Sequence record: SRR22947725_5371
Reading direction: 5' to 3' (one strand)
DNA length: 45,682 nucleotides
Shown: positions 28,332-38,955 of the stretch, piece by piece
Position numbering within the stretch: the stretch's first letter is position 1
Layout of the letters: every line of letters begins with the position of its first letter
Notes under the pieces: generated by a model
The model's database searches: none
The model's input: only the letters and a program-made list of their open reading frames with translations
What the model was told of the DNA's origin: nothing
Translations under genes and position numbers: made by a program

Positions 28332-29304
28332 CAGAGTCCCAGCCCCTGGGCTCGAGGATATTTTCACCAAGATAAACCCCAGATCCTTTTGCTACCCTTC
28401 CGATTACCTTGAAGCCTCTTGGCACCTCTCCTGCGGCGAAGGTGGCAAGGAAGCTGTGGTCCTCGCCTCCATAGAGCACCCAGTCCATGGCGCTAGCGGC
28501 TGCGGATCTGGAAACAAGCGACTGCGCAGCCAGTTCCAGGACTGCCTCAAACCCCACCAGCTGGTTTGGGTCAATGACTATCTTTACTCCTGAGGCCTCG
28601 GCAATTCTGCTTGCATCTAGCGCCAATGAGTCAGATACATCCAGCATCGATGTCGCATGCCCAAATGCTTCCTGAACCGCTTGAACCGGCGGATTGGGTC
28701 TGAGCTGCACCTGCACCAGCTCGGGATAGCTGGCCGCCAGGGTCGGGTCCTCGTGGAGCAAGATGGCGAGACCGGCAGCTGCCTTCCCCAAGGTTCCGCA
28801 TATGGCTAGCTGGTCGCCGGCCTTCGCACCCGAGCGAAGAATTGGGGCGCGTGACTCAAGGTCTCCGTGAGCGGTAACTGCGATCATGGTGACAGGCCCA
28901 AACCCTAGGTCTCCCCCAACAATCTCGCTCTGTGGGGCGAGCTCGTCGATGGCCGCCTGCAAACCCCTGGCAAACTCCTCTAGCCAGAAAACGGTTGTCT
29001 TATCGGTAACCGTCATTGCCACCACAAGCGCCACGGGCCTGGCTCCCATCGCATAGACATCTGCCACGTTGGTCGCAACTGCTTTGTAGCCAAGATCAAA
29101 TCCGGATGAAAACTCGTGCCTGAAATCGTGACCCTCGATCATGGTGTCGGTGGTCACAACAAACTCCGGCCCGCTAAGACTAACCACGGCGGCATCGTCG
29201 CCCGAACCAACGGAAGTGTTGGCACCTTTCTTGAAATGTGCGACCGCTCTTGCTAGTGCCGCTCTTTCGCCGAGCTCTATCACCAACTGGCCGTCTTTAG
29301 TCAC
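28309..29304 (-). CDS. thiL: Thiamine-monophosphate kinase
   Basis: GDDAAV, TTD...EG.DF, N.AD..AMGA.P, GGD, DVSD, GGEDH. Confidence 0.93.
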   Translation of the reverse strand: MTKDGQLVIELGERAALARAVAHFKKGANTSVGSGDDAAVVSLSGPEFVVTTDTMIEGHDFRHEFSSGFDLGYKAVATNVADVYAMGARPVALVVAMTVTDKTTVFWLEEFARGLQAAIDELAPQSEIVGGDLGFGPVTMIAVTAHGDLESRAPILRSGAKAGDQLAICGTLGKAAAGLAILLHEDPTLAASYPELVQVQLRPNPPVQAVQEAFGHATSMLDVSDSLALDASRIAEASGVKIVIDPNQLVGFEAVLELAAQSLVSRSAAASAMDWVLYGGEDHSFLATFAAGEVPRGFKVIGRVAKGSGVYLGENILEPRGWDSVRREAQS

Positions 29305-29327
29305 CTGACAACGCTAGCCTTATTTTC

Positions 29328-29765
29328 ATGAGATTTCTGGTCGCCAGCTTGGCACTACTTACGCTCAGCGGGTGTGCGGCAACGGTAAATCTAGAACCGG
29401 CGGAAGATAGCAACAATCCTGGCTGCGCCGAGGTAATGGTGCGGCTGCCCTCGCAACTTGGTGGACTTCAGGAGCGCTACACGAACGCACAGGCAACCGC
29501 CGCCTGGGGAGATCCAGCAGCCGTGCTGCTGCGCTGCGGTCTTGAGCCCGTGGAAGTTTCCACTCTTCCCTGCGTAACTGCGGCAGGCATCGACTGGCTC
29601 GTGGACGACTCATTAGCTCCCAGCTACCGCTTCATTAGCTATGCAAGGTTTCCGGCAGTCGAGGTCGTTGTTGACTCGGACAACGCCTCAGGCATTACCT
29701 CTCTTGAGGGGATTGCGGGTGCTGTCGCCCAGCTCCCAGCAACTAAAGCCTGCTTGGCTCCCTAA
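29328..29765 (+). CDS. DUF3515 family lipoprotein
   Basis: LSGC lipobox, AAWGDP..VLLRCG, C...GIDW; conserved between thiL and ddl. Confidence 0.85.
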   Translation: MRFLVASLALLTLSGCAATVNLEPAEDSNNPGCAEVMVRLPSQLGGLQERYTNAQATAAWGDPAAVLLRCGLEPVEVSTLPCVTAAGIDWLVDDSLAPSYRFISYARFPAVEVVVDSDNASGITSLEGIAGAVAQLPATKACLAP

Positions 29766-30829
29766 CGAGGCTCGTTTCCAAGCTCAAGACCTCGAGCTAT
29801 CAATGTTTCGATGAGCTTTGGGTAGCTGACGCCTGATGCTGCAAAAAGTGCTGGGTACATCGAAATCGGTGTGAAGCCGGGCAAGGTGTTGATCTCGGTC
29901 AGCACCAGGCCCTTCTTGGTGAGAAAGAAGTCGGTCCTGGCCAGTCCGCTGCACCCCGCTGCCCTAAAGGCCTTGATGGCAAGCTCGTGCATCTTTTCAA
30001 GGTCCTTGTTTGAGAGCTCAGTTGGGACTTTCAGTTCGGCGCTTAAGCCAAGGTACTTATTTTCATAATCGTAGAAACCATCGCCCTCAACGACTATCTC
30101 CCCGGCCAGCGATACTTGCAACTCCCCACCCGGATGCTCGAGCACCGAGCATTCAATCTCCCGGCCTAAGACTTGCTCCTCAACTAAAGCGGTGTTGTCG
30201 TGGCCCAATGCCTCTTCGATTCCGGCCTCTAGTTCCAGGACGTCATGGGCCTTGGTGACGCCAACCGATGAACCCGATCTGGATGGTTTTATAAAACAGC
30301 TCGGAGAGAGAAACTTTGCAGCCTCTTTGAGAATCCTCTCGCGACCGGCGGCCCACTCAGATCTGGTGATCACTAGGTCCTTGGCAACTGGGATACCAGC
30401 GTCCCTAAAAGCACTCTTTGCGATGGCCTTATTCATGGCCAGTGCGGATGCCAGCACACCGTTGCCGACATAGGGAATCTTGCACAGCTGCAGTAGGCCC
30501 TGAATCGAGCCGTCCTCACCGTTTAGTCCATGGAGAACTGGGAAGGCGATGTCAATCTTTCCCAGCGACATGCCGGTTGCCGCCATCCTCATCTCGCCGC
30601 CGCCAACGGGCATTAGTAGCTCGGGTGAATCCTCAGAGACCTTTGGCCAACCGTCCAATTGCCACTGCGGGTTCACCGGCTCTAAGACGAATTTGCCGCT
30701 CGGGGTGATTCCAACGGGGATGATCTCGTACTTCTGTTGATCGATTGCCTCGTGGACGCCAAGAGCGGTGACGCAGGAGACGCTGTGCTCACTGGACTTA
30801 CCTCCGTAGATAAGCGCCAACTTCAGCAT
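29762..30829 (-). CDS. ddl: D-alanine--D-alanine ligase
   Basis: GGKSSEH.VS, LHG..GEDG, GSSVG, YDYENKY, EINTLPGFT. Confidence 0.95.
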   Translation of the reverse strand: MLKLALIYGGKSSEHSVSCVTALGVHEAIDQQKYEIIPVGITPSGKFVLEPVNPQWQLDGWPKVSEDSPELLMPVGGGEMRMAATGMSLGKIDIAFPVLHGLNGEDGSIQGLLQLCKIPYVGNGVLASALAMNKAIAKSAFRDAGIPVAKDLVITRSEWAAGRERILKEAAKFLSPSCFIKPSRSGSSVGVTKAHDVLELEAGIEEALGHDNTALVEEQVLGREIECSVLEHPGGELQVSLAGEIVVEGDGFYDYENKYLGLSAELKVPTELSNKDLEKMHELAIKAFRAAGCSGLARTDFFLTKKGLVLTEINTLPGFTPISMYPALFAASGVSYPKLIETLIARGLELGNEPR

Positions 30830-31830
30830 TAGAACTCCATCTCGACATCGTCTGCGAGGTTTAGCTGCTTGCCAAATTCGCTGGGTTTCATTCTGCCCTG
30901 ATAAACCTCTTCGACCTGGGAAACTATCGGCATTTCAATCTCGAGACGCTCAGCAATCTCCAGCACTGGCCTCAGTGATCCCAGTCCCTCAGCAACCTGG
31001 TTCATGGATGCAAGCACCTCAGGACCACTCTTACCCTGGCCCAACATTTCGCCTGCACGGAAATTTCGAGACAGCGAAGACTCACTCGTCGCAATCAGGT
31101 CACCAAGGCCAGCGAGACCAAACATGGTTCGGCGTCTGGCACCGTGTTGAATGGCGAAGTTGGTTATTTCTCCTAAGCCCCGGGTCATAATCGATGCCTT
31201 GGTGTTCTGGCCGTAGCCGAGCCCATTTACAATCCCAATGGCAACTGCAATCAGGTTCTTGAGAACCCCGCCTAGCTCGGTCCCCATCACGTCCTGGTTA
31301 GTAAAGACGGTGAAGTAGTCGGAGGAACAGACCCGAGCAACATCACCAGCGCGCTCGGAGTCCTCGCAGGCGCACACCGCTGCAGCCGGTTGTTTTTGAG
31401 CAATCTCGAGGGCGAGGTTGGGTCCAGAAAGCACCGCAACCTGACTGCTTGGCACCTCCAAGACCTCGGCAATCACCTCACTCATTCTCAAGCCAGTGTC
31501 GGCCTCTAGGCCTTTCATAAGGCTTATCAGTGTTGCGGTTTCAGGTATCAGCGGTTTCCACTGAGCAAGATTTTCCCTGAGGCTCTGCGATGGAATCGCG
31601 AGGTAAATTTGCTCGCTGTCCTTCAGCGCGAATTCGAGGTCGGAGGTTGCAGTGATCGACTTCGGCAGCTCTATGCCGGGAAGGTAGTGGCTGTTCTCAC
31701 TCGTTTTTGCTATTTCCTGAGCTAGCTCTGGCTTCCTGGCCCAGAGCGTCACCTCGTGAGCGCCGTCGGCGATTACCTTGGCTACTGTGGTGCCCCAGCT
31801 TCCGGCACCTAAAACTACGTACTTGCTCAC
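30829..31830 (-). CDS. gpsA: NAD(P)H-dependent glycerol-3-phosphate dehydrogenase
   Basis: GAGSWGT, SGPNLA, LKN.IA, GLAGLGDL, SRN. Confidence 0.95.
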   Translation of the reverse strand: MSKYVVLGAGSWGTTVAKVIADGAHEVTLWARKPELAQEIAKTSENSHYLPGIELPKSITATSDLEFALKDSEQIYLAIPSQSLRENLAQWKPLIPETATLISLMKGLEADTGLRMSEVIAEVLEVPSSQVAVLSGPNLALEIAQKQPAAAVCACEDSERAGDVARVCSSDYFTVFTNQDVMGTELGGVLKNLIAVAIGIVNGLGYGQNTKASIMTRGLGEITNFAIQHGARRRTMFGLAGLGDLIATSESSLSRNFRAGEMLGQGKSGPEVLASMNQVAEGLGSLRPVLEIAERLEIEMPIVSQVEEVYQGRMKPSEFGKQLNLADDVEMEF

Positions 31831-32588
31831 TTGCGCTTCCTGAAGTTGCCGATCTCGTCCTGGGAGTGAGCGGCAGGGTCCCAGCGCAGCTTCGGTGGTG
31901 TTTCTGAGCGCATCTCGCCAACCAGCTGAGCTATGGCGTTCATGACCTGCTCGGTTGCCTCATTCAGCTGCGCTGCAGAAGGCGATGACCCGAGCTTAGA
32001 AAAGTCCATGGGCTTACCTATTTTGACCCTGACGGTGTGGAAGGGATTTGGTTTGATTTTTTTGTCGTAGTTACCCATGATCTTGTGAACACCCCAGTGG
32101 GCAGCTGGCACGATTGGCAAACCAAGCTCTGCCGCCATCCTCACCGCACCGTGCTTGCCGCGCATTGGCCAAAGATCTGGGTCCCGCGTGAGGGTCCCCT
32201 CGGGAAACACCACGACAACCTGGCCCGCACGCAGAAATTCCTTGGCCGCACGCAGAGCGTCCTCATTTGACTGCCCGGTTCGGTAGACCGGTATCTGCCC
32301 CACCCTGGGCAATACCTGCTTGAGTAGTGGAATCCTGAATAGAGACTCCTTCACCAAATAGTGAGGCACTCGCTTCATGTGGATGTAGACGGAGTAGGCG
32401 AAAGCAAGCGGGTCTAAGTGGCTCAGGTGGTTGCCCACCAGCACATATCCGCCACTTGGCAGATTCTCCTGGCCCTCAGTCTTGACGTTGAAGAAAAGCC
32501 TGATAATCGGTGCAAGGATGCCCGCGACAATCCGAAACGGCAAAGAGTGTTCGTTCTTCGAGATTTTTGGCACTGGGACCTCAGCCAC
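31827..32588 (-). CDS. plsC: 1-acyl-sn-glycerol-3-phosphate acyltransferase
   Basis: NHLSHLD, FPEGT. Confidence 0.88.
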   Translation of the reverse strand: MAEVPVPKISKNEHSLPFRIVAGILAPIIRLFFNVKTEGQENLPSGGYVLVGNHLSHLDPLAFAYSVYIHMKRVPHYLVKESLFRIPLLKQVLPRVGQIPVYRTGQSNEDALRAAKEFLRAGQVVVVFPEGTLTRDPDLWPMRGKHGAVRMAAELGLPIVPAAHWGVHKIMGNYDKKIKPNPFHTVRVKIGKPMDFSKLGSSPSAAQLNEATEQVMNAIAQLVGEMRSETPPKLRWDPAAHSQDEIGNFRKRK

Positions 32589-32590
32589 GG

Positions 32591-33907
32591 CTAGGCCTCA
32601 AAGGTAAAGTCGGCCCCGAGATCTTCAAGCTTCTGCAAGAAACGCTCATATCCCCTTGAGATTAGCTGCACATTAGACACATTGGATTCACCCTCGGCGG
32701 CAAGTGCCGCAACGACGTGGGAGAAGCCGCCGCGCAGATCAGGAACTCTAATGTCAGCTCCGATGAGCTTTGTTGGACCCGAGATGACCGCCGAGTGGTT
32801 AAAGTTGCGCTGGCCGAATCGGCAGGGGTGACCGCCCAGACACTCCCTATAGATCTGAATGTTGGCGCCCATCTGCTTCAGGGCATCGGTGAAACCAAAG
32901 CGCTGCTCATAAACCGTCTCGTGAACAATCGAGAGCCCCTGAGCCTGGGTGAGGGCAACCACCAGCGGCTGCTGCCAGTCCGTCATAAAACCAGGGTGGA
33001 CATCGGTCTCGATTACAACCGGCTGCAGCTCGCTGCCCGGGTGATAAAACCTAATCCCGTCATCGCCAATCTCCAGCTGACCGCCGACCTTGCGATAGAC
33101 ATTCAGGAAGGTCATCATTTCGACCTGCTTGGCTCCGCCCACATAGATATCGCCACCGGTGGCGAGTGCGGCGGCGGCCCAGCTGGCCGCTTCGTTGCGA
33201 TCAAAGATTGCCCTGTGGGTAAAGCCCTTAAGCGACTTCACACCTTCAATTCGAATCACCCGGTCGGTATCGACGGAGATGATTGCGCCCATCTTCTGCA
33301 GGATGGAGATCAGGTCGATGATCTCCGGCTCGATGGCAGCACCTGTGAGCTCAGTTTTGCCCTCGGCGATGGTGGCCGTTAGCAGCACCTGCTCTGTGGC
33401 ACCGACAGAGGGATAGGGCAGCTCGATTTTGGTGCCCTTGAGGCCCTCTGGGGCGCTTAGCCGCGTGCCGCCGGGGTGCTTCTCAATAACCGCCCCAAAG
33501 GTTCTTAGGACATCGAAGTGGAAGTCAACAGGCCTTGAGCCAATCTCACAACCACCGAGACCTGGGATGAAGGCCTCACCCAGGCGATGCAGGAGCGGAC
33601 CACAGAAGAGAATTGGGATGCGGGATGATCCCGCATAGGCATCGATATCGGTCATCCGGGCCTGCTCGACCCGAGAGGGGTCCAAAATCATGTCTCCGGT
33701 GCGCTCATCGTGATTGATGGTCACCCCGTGCAGGTTTAGAAGCCTAGAAACAACCTCAACGTCTGAGATGAACGGGACATCAAGAAGAGTTGACGGGGTA
33801 TCTCCAAGCAAAGCGGCAACCATGGCCTTGGTGACCAGATTCTTAGAACCCTTGAGATCAACCCGACCGGTTAGCGGCTTTCCACCATTGATGGTGATCT
33901 GAGACAA
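32591..33907 (-). CDS. murA: UDP-N-acetylglucosamine 1-carboxyvinyltransferase
   Basis: GSKN, GGCEIGSRP (catalytic Cys retained), SVGATE, PGFMTD, DLRGG. Confidence 0.95.
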   Translation of the reverse strand: MSQITINGGKPLTGRVDLKGSKNLVTKAMVAALLGDTPSTLLDVPFISDVEVVSRLLNLHGVTINHDERTGDMILDPSRVEQARMTDIDAYAGSSRIPILFCGPLLHRLGEAFIPGLGGCEIGSRPVDFHFDVLRTFGAVIEKHPGGTRLSAPEGLKGTKIELPYPSVGATEQVLLTATIAEGKTELTGAAIEPEIIDLISILQKMGAIISVDTDRVIRIEGVKSLKGFTHRAIFDRNEAASWAAAALATGGDIYVGGAKQVEMMTFLNVYRKVGGQLEIGDDGIRFYHPGSELQPVVIETDVHPGFMTDWQQPLVVALTQAQGLSIVHETVYEQRFGFTDALKQMGANIQIYRECLGGHPCRFGQRNFNHSAVISGPTKLIGADIRVPDLRGGFSHVVAALAAEGESNVSNVQLISRGYERFLQKLEDLGADFTFEA

Positions 33908-34510
33908 TCAGACTCCTTTGGCAGGGAGGGTCTTGGGTTTCCAGGACTCTCGTCTGGCCTCATAGTCGGCAATGGCCTGCTCGTTCTGGAGCGTGATGCC
34001 AATGTCATCAAGCCCCTCCATGAGACGCCACTTAGTGTATTCGTCTATCTCAAAAGGCACTACCGTATCGCCGTAGCTGAGCTGTTGGGCCGGCAGATCC
34101 ACCTTCACCTCGAGGCCCGGATTCGCATCGATTGCGTCCCAGACCTGGCTTGTGGCCTCGTCGGAGATAACTCCGGCAACTAGCCCCTGCTTGCCCGCAT
34201 TTCCATAGAAAATGTCGGCAAACTTAGAGCTGAATACCGCCTTGAAACCAAAGTCCCTGAGCGCCCAAACGGCATGCTCTCGAGAGGAGCCGGTGCCAAA
34301 GTCGCTGCCCGCAATCAAGACCTCAGCCTTGTCAAATGGTGCATTGTTCAGCACAAACTCGGGATCCTGGCGCCAGTTGGCAAAAAGTCCGTCCTCGAAG
34401 CCAGTCTTGGTGATGCGCTTTAGGTAGACGGCAGGAATGATCTGATCGGTGTCGACGTTGCTCCGCTTCAGCGGAGCTGCGACACCGGTGAATACTGAGA
34501 TTCTCTCCAT
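33908..34510 (-). CDS. leuD: 3-isopropylmalate dehydratase small subunit
   Basis: [19 protein letters not shown]. Confidence 0.96.
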   Translation of the reverse strand: MERISVFTGVAAPLKRSNVDTDQIIPAVYLKRITKTGFEDGLFANWRQDPEFVLNNAPFDKAEVLIAGSDFGTGSSREHAVWALRDFGFKAVFSSKFADIFYGNAGKQGLVAGVISDEATSQVWDAIDANPGLEVKVDLPAQQLSYGDTVVPFEIDEYTKWRLMEGLDDIGITLQNEQAIADYEARRESWKPKTLPAKGV

Positions 34511-35925
34511 TAGCCCTCCAGGTCTGATGGGCTAGAAAGCGTGCCGCGGATCGCGGTTGCGGCGGCCACCAACGGCGATACCAGGTGCGTTCTCGCACCC
34601 TTTCCCTGTCGGCCTTCAAAGTTGCGGTTGGAGGTGGAGGCTGCCCGCTCTCCGGGACCAAGCTGATCGGGGTTCATACCAAGACACATCGAGCACCCTG
34701 CAAAGCGCCACTCCGCCCCAAAGTCTTTGAATACCTTGTCCAGACCCTCTTCTTCGGCCTGCAAGCGAACCTTCTGAGAACCCGGCACCACCATCATGCG
34801 AATGCCATCCGCCTTCTTCTTGCCCTTGATAATCTCGGCTGCAGCCCTGAGGTCTTCGATGCGGGCGTTGGTGCAGGAACCTAGGAACACGGTGTTGACA
34901 GCAATGTCCTTCATCTTGGTTCCGGGTTGAAGGTCCATGTATTCAAGAGCCCGCTCGGCAGCCGCTCTGAGGGAAGGGTCGCCATACGATGCTGGGTCTG
35001 GAACGCTGTCAAGCAGTGAGACACCCTGGCCAGGGTTAGTACCCCATGTCACAAACGGATCGAGAGAGTCAGCATCAATAAAGACCTCGGCATCAAACAC
35101 CGCGTCATCGTCAGTCTTGAGAGTCTTCCAATACTCGATAGCGGCATCCCAGTCAGCACCCTCTGGGGCGTGCGGACGACCCTTGAGGTATTCAAAAGTG
35201 ACCTCGTCTGGGGCAACCATTCCGGCTCTGGCTCCAGCCTCAATGGACATGTTGCAGATTGTCATCCTGCCCTCCATGGAGAGCGAGCGGATGGCGCTAC
35301 CGCGGTATTCGAGAACGTAGCCTTGACCACCACCGGTAGTTATCTTGGCAATGACCGCAAGGATGATGTCCTTTGCCGAAACTCCTGGGCGCAGTGTGCC
35401 CTCAACATTGATTGCCATTGTCTTAAATGGCTTTAGTGGCAGGGTCTGGGTCGCTAGCACGTGCTCAACCTCACTGGTTCCAATGCCCATTGCCAGTGAC
35501 CCAAAGGCACCGTGGGTAGAGGTGTGAGAGTCACCGCAGACAATTGTTAGCCCCGGCATGGTTAGCCCCAGCTGCGGACCGACAACGTGCACAATGCCCT
35601 GATTCTTATCTCCCAGCGAATGGATCCTCACTCCGTACTCCGCGGTGTTGTCTCTCAGCGCCTGAACCTGGGCCCTTGAGGTTGGTTCTGCGATTGGAAG
35701 GTGAATGTCAGCGGTTGGAGTGTTGTGGTCTTCGGTGGCAATCGTCAGGTCCTTGCGCCTGATGTCGCGACCTGCGAGCCTAAGGCCATCGAAGGCCTGA
35801 GGAGAAGTGACCTCGTGGATCAGGTGAAGGTCGATATACAAAAGGTCGGGCGCGCCATTTTCACCCTTGACCACCAAGTGGTCACGCCAAAGCTTTTCAG
35901 CCAGGGTTAGGGGTTTTTGCGTCAT
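34510..35925 (-). CDS. leuC: 3-isopropylmalate dehydratase large subunit
   Basis: [41 protein letters not shown] 35925 after GAGGTG SD. Confidence 0.96.
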   Translation of the reverse strand: MTQKPLTLAEKLWRDHLVVKGENGAPDLLYIDLHLIHEVTSPQAFDGLRLAGRDIRRKDLTIATEDHNTPTADIHLPIAEPTSRAQVQALRDNTAEYGVRIHSLGDKNQGIVHVVGPQLGLTMPGLTIVCGDSHTSTHGAFGSLAMGIGTSEVEHVLATQTLPLKPFKTMAINVEGTLRPGVSAKDIILAVIAKITTGGGQGYVLEYRGSAIRSLSMEGRMTICNMSIEAGARAGMVAPDEVTFEYLKGRPHAPEGADWDAAIEYWKTLKTDDDAVFDAEVFIDADSLDPFVTWGTNPGQGVSLLDSVPDPASYGDPSLRAAAERALEYMDLQPGTKMKDIAVNTVFLGSCTNARIEDLRAAAEIIKGKKKADGIRMMVVPGSQKVRLQAEEEGLDKVFKDFGAEWRFAGCSMCLGMNPDQLGPGERAASTSNRNFEGRQGKGARTHLVSPLVAAATAIRGTLSSPSDLEG

Positions 35926-35981
35926 TTTCACCTCGCGATTGCGCTGAGAGGCAAGTTTAGTCCAAGGAGTAGATTGGTGGG

Positions 35982-37220
35982 GTGCCGCAAAAACAAAGCC
36001 AAGACCTAAACCTCATTCAGGCACGGGCCGTCAGAGTCTTAGCTCTCGGACAAGCCCTTGGAGGCTTTGGATTCGGAGCCACACTCTCGGTCGGTGCGAT
36101 TATGGCAACCGAACTCAGCGGCACTGCCGCCTGGAGCGGAGCGGCGGCGACTCTGAGCACCTTAGGTGCAGCTTTTCTATCGATACCGCTGGCCAGACTT
36201 GCTTCTCGCAGGGGCAGACGGCCTGCACTTGCGCTAGGAGCGTTCCTGGCAATTCTGGGCGCAGCCGGAATGATGTTGGCCGCAGCCCTTAGGTCCTTCC
36301 CGGTGGAGCTAGTGGCGCTTTTCTTACTTGGCTCTGCAACTGCCGTGGGGCTGCAAGCGCGCTTTGCGGCCGCTGACATTCCTACCAGTAGGCCCAAGGG
36401 TAAAGATCTCTCGATTGTGGTTTGGGCCACCACCCTGGGAGCAGTAGTTGGGCCAAACCTGATTGCCCCTGGCGAGGCCATGGGCCTTGCAATTGGCCTT
36501 CCTCACCTGGCAGGACCATTCCTGCTGACCATTTTTGCCCAGACCACCTCGACCCTGGTGTTCTGGTTTGGGTTGCGCCCAGATCCGCTGTTGTTAGCTC
36601 AAGAGGTCGCTGGGGTTGAGCCCGGGCTCCCGCAGCGAAAGAGCAGCGAGGCGATCGGCATCATTCGCAGAAACCCGCTTGCCGCATTTACGGTTCTGAC
36701 GATTGCACTGAGTCACATGGTGATGGTTTCGGTGATGAGCATGACTCCCGCACACCTCTCTCAACAGGGTCACTCGTTGGCAGAGGTTGGGTTCACAATC
36801 TCACTGCACGTGGCTGGCATGTATGCATTTGCCCCCGTCTTTGGGGTGCTGAGCGATCGCATAGGGGCCAAGCCAACAATCCTTCTTGGGCAAGTGGTGC
36901 TGCTTTTCTCACTTGCAATCTCGGGTTTTGGACAATCTAACTTCACCCTCGTGGTTATCGGGCTGTTCTTATTGGGTCTGGGCTGGTCAGCGGCCACGGT
37001 TGCCGCGAGTGCGATGCTCAGCGAGGTGCTGGAGGTCGATCAAAAGCCTGTTGTTCAGGGCTTTAGTGACTCACTGATGAGCCTCAGTGGCGCCTTTGGA
37101 GGAGCCGTTTCCGGAACAATTCTCACCCTCTACAGCTTCGGCGGCCTCAACGCTGCTGCCTTGCTACCTGTGATTTTGATTGTCCTAGCCACCGCATATT
37201 CGAGAAGGTGGCGCGCATAA
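35982..37220 (+). CDS. MFS transporter
   Basis: About 12 hydrophobic segments, ASRRGRR and SDRIG loop motifs. Confidence 0.9.
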   Translation: MPQKQSQDLNLIQARAVRVLALGQALGGFGFGATLSVGAIMATELSGTAAWSGAAATLSTLGAAFLSIPLARLASRRGRRPALALGAFLAILGAAGMMLAAALRSFPVELVALFLLGSATAVGLQARFAAADIPTSRPKGKDLSIVVWATTLGAVVGPNLIAPGEAMGLAIGLPHLAGPFLLTIFAQTTSTLVFWFGLRPDPLLLAQEVAGVEPGLPQRKSSEAIGIIRRNPLAAFTVLTIALSHMVMVSVMSMTPAHLSQQGHSLAEVGFTISLHVAGMYAFAPVFGVLSDRIGAKPTILLGQVVLLFSLAISGFGQSNFTLVVIGLFLLGLGWSAATVAASAMLSEVLEVDQKPVVQGFSDSLMSLSGAFGGAVSGTILTLYSFGGLNAAALLPVILIVLATAYSRRWRA

Positions 37221-37222
37221 AG

Positions 37223-37262
37223 AAATCTCACTCCCGAGATTTTGTCATCAAGAGTGAGATTT
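37223..37262. terminator. Inverted repeat between convergent MFS and tRNA-Glu, probable terminator
   Basis: AAATCTCACTC (37223-37233) pairs with GAGTGAGATTT (37252-37262). Confidence 0.6.
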
Positions 37263-37263
37263 G

Positions 37264-37336
37264 TGACCCCAGCGGGATTTGAACCCGCGCTACTGCCGTG
37301 AGAGGGCAGCGTCCTAGGCCGCTAAACGATGGGGCC
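37264..37336 (-). tRNA. tRNA-Glu (CTC)
   Basis: GGCCCCA..TGGGGTC acceptor stem, anticodon arm CTGCC-CTCTCAC-GGCAG, GGTTCAAATCC T-arm; CCA not encoded. Confidence 0.95.
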
Positions 37337-37383
37337 CTAGTTGCAACCTAGAAATCATGCCATAAACCAGCTCGTTGGGCAAT

Positions 37384-38277
37384 CTAACGGCTTAGTAGGG
37401 CCAAACCCTTCGGCTTTATCTCAACCGAGAACGGTGCTGGGCCAATAATCTCGCCATCGCAGGTCATTGGGAACCCGTCATTTTCTATTCTCACTTTTGA
37501 GGCCTTGAATATCTCCACCTCGGCATAACTAACATGCTCACCTTTGTAGACCTTGGGGAAAATTTCGAGCAGCTTGCGCCTTGACACCTCGTGCAGGATG
37601 AAGACCTCGACCTCACCATCGGTAATCTCCGACTGGGGAGAGATCTTCATGCCTCCCCCAAAGTTCTTCACATTGGCAACCCCACACAGCATTGCCTTGA
37701 ACTCACGAGAAACGCCATCAGCTACCAGCCTGTAGGCAATTGGCTTGAATTTTGGAAGCTCCAAGAACAGCGCTGCGACATAGGAGTTTGGGCCCTTTGG
37801 CCAGACCAGTCTGTTGGCCCGCTCAGCGCATAGGGCGTCAAAACCTGCGGAGATAGAGCCTAGTGACCAGAACTTTCGATAGTCGGTTTCTACCCACATC
37901 ACATCGACTTCTCTGGGGCACTCGAGGGTTCCGACGATGTTTGCAACAGCCGCTGAGGTGTCAGTGAGTGGGACAGCTAACTCCCTGACCTGATCGTTTC
38001 CACTGCCGGCAGGGACCAGACCTAGCGGTAGTGAGTACTCCATCGCAAGGTTGACACCTAGCTGCGAGGTGCCATCGCCACCGATAGCGACAAGTCCTGA
38101 GATTTCTTTTGCGGATGCTTTGACCTTGGCGCGGATATCGTCCTGGCTAGTCCCGCTGAGATTAGTGGTTGCAATCCCGGCCTCGGCAAATGCCGCCAGT
38201 GCCCGCTCTCCCACCTCGTTACCTCGGCCGCGATTAGCGGCGGGGTTGATAATTACTCCTAGTGGCTTCATTGCCAC
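37384..38277 (-). CDS. Diacylglycerol/lipid kinase (YegS/DAGK family)
   Basis: NPAA, GGDGT, PAGSGND, GFDA, FGGG, DGE. Confidence 0.9.
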   Translation of the reverse strand: MAMKPLGVIINPAANRGRGNEVGERALAAFAEAGIATTNLSGTSQDDIRAKVKASAKEISGLVAIGGDGTSQLGVNLAMEYSLPLGLVPAGSGNDQVRELAVPLTDTSAAVANIVGTLECPREVDVMWVETDYRKFWSLGSISAGFDALCAERANRLVWPKGPNSYVAALFLELPKFKPIAYRLVADGVSREFKAMLCGVANVKNFGGGMKISPQSEITDGEVEVFILHEVSRRKLLEIFPKVYKGEHVSYAEVEIFKASKVRIENDGFPMTCDGEIIGPAPFSVEIKPKGLALLSR

Positions 38278-38319
38278 CTCCTAATGGCTCAAACATAGAC
38301 TGATTGTGGGAGGTTCGCC

Positions 38320-38955
38320 ATGAGGGTCACAAAGCACGAGCACGCCTGCCTCGTAGTTGAGGAGCAGGGTCACAAGCTTGTGGTCGATCCGGGCATGTAT
38401 TCGGAGAAGCTTCCAGAGCTTACAAACGTCGTTGCACTGACCCTCTCCCATATCCACGATGACCACAGCTTTAGGCCTCATGTGGAGAAATTGCTTGAGC
38501 ATTTTCCCGAGATAAAAATCTTTGGCACGCAGGAGGTCGCAGAGAAACTCGAGGGCTTGGCGGTGACAGTTGTCTATCACGGTGACCGGTATGAAGTTGG
38601 CTCCTTCACTCTTGATTTCTTTGGCTATTTCCACCAAGAAATCCATAGGTCGATACCTCTGGTGCAGAACCTTGGCCTCATGGTGAACAGCGAGCTTTAT
38701 TACCCCGGCGACAGCTACACCATTCCCGAGGTGCAGGTAGGCACCTTGGCCTGCCCATCGAGTGCTCCCTGGCTAAAAATCGGCGACGTGATTGACTTTG
38801 TTTCTGCGGTCAAGCCGAGGCGATCATTTCCCACTCACAACGCCCTGCTCTCAGAGCATGGCCACAAGCTACAAAACTCAAGAATTCAAGAGCTCACCGA
38901 GAGTTTCGGCGGAGAGTTTCGATATTTAGAGGTGGGACAGAGCTGGGAGCTCTAG
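38320..38955 (+). CDS. MBL-fold metallo-hydrolase
   Basis: HAC, VDPG, SHIHDDH, YYPGDS, PTHN; GGAGG SD. Confidence 0.9.
   Translation: MRVTKHEHACLVVEEQGHKLVVDPGMYSEKLPELTNVVALTLSHIHDDHSFRPHVEKLLEHFPEIKIFGTQEVAEKLEGLAVTVVYHGDRYEVGSFTLDFFGYFHQEIHRSIPLVQNLGLMVNSELYYPGDSYTIPEVQVGTLACPSSAPWLKIGDVIDFVSAVKPRRSFPTHNALLSEHGHKLQNSRIQELTESFGGEFRYLEVGQSWEL

Noticed and set aside
32717-33382. 221-aa plus-strand ORF
   Set aside because: Fully antisense to murA with no motifs; shadow ORF, like most short ORFs in the track
38281-38646. 121-aa minus-strand ORF upstream of the lipid kinase
   Set aside because: Antisense to the well-supported MBL hydrolase
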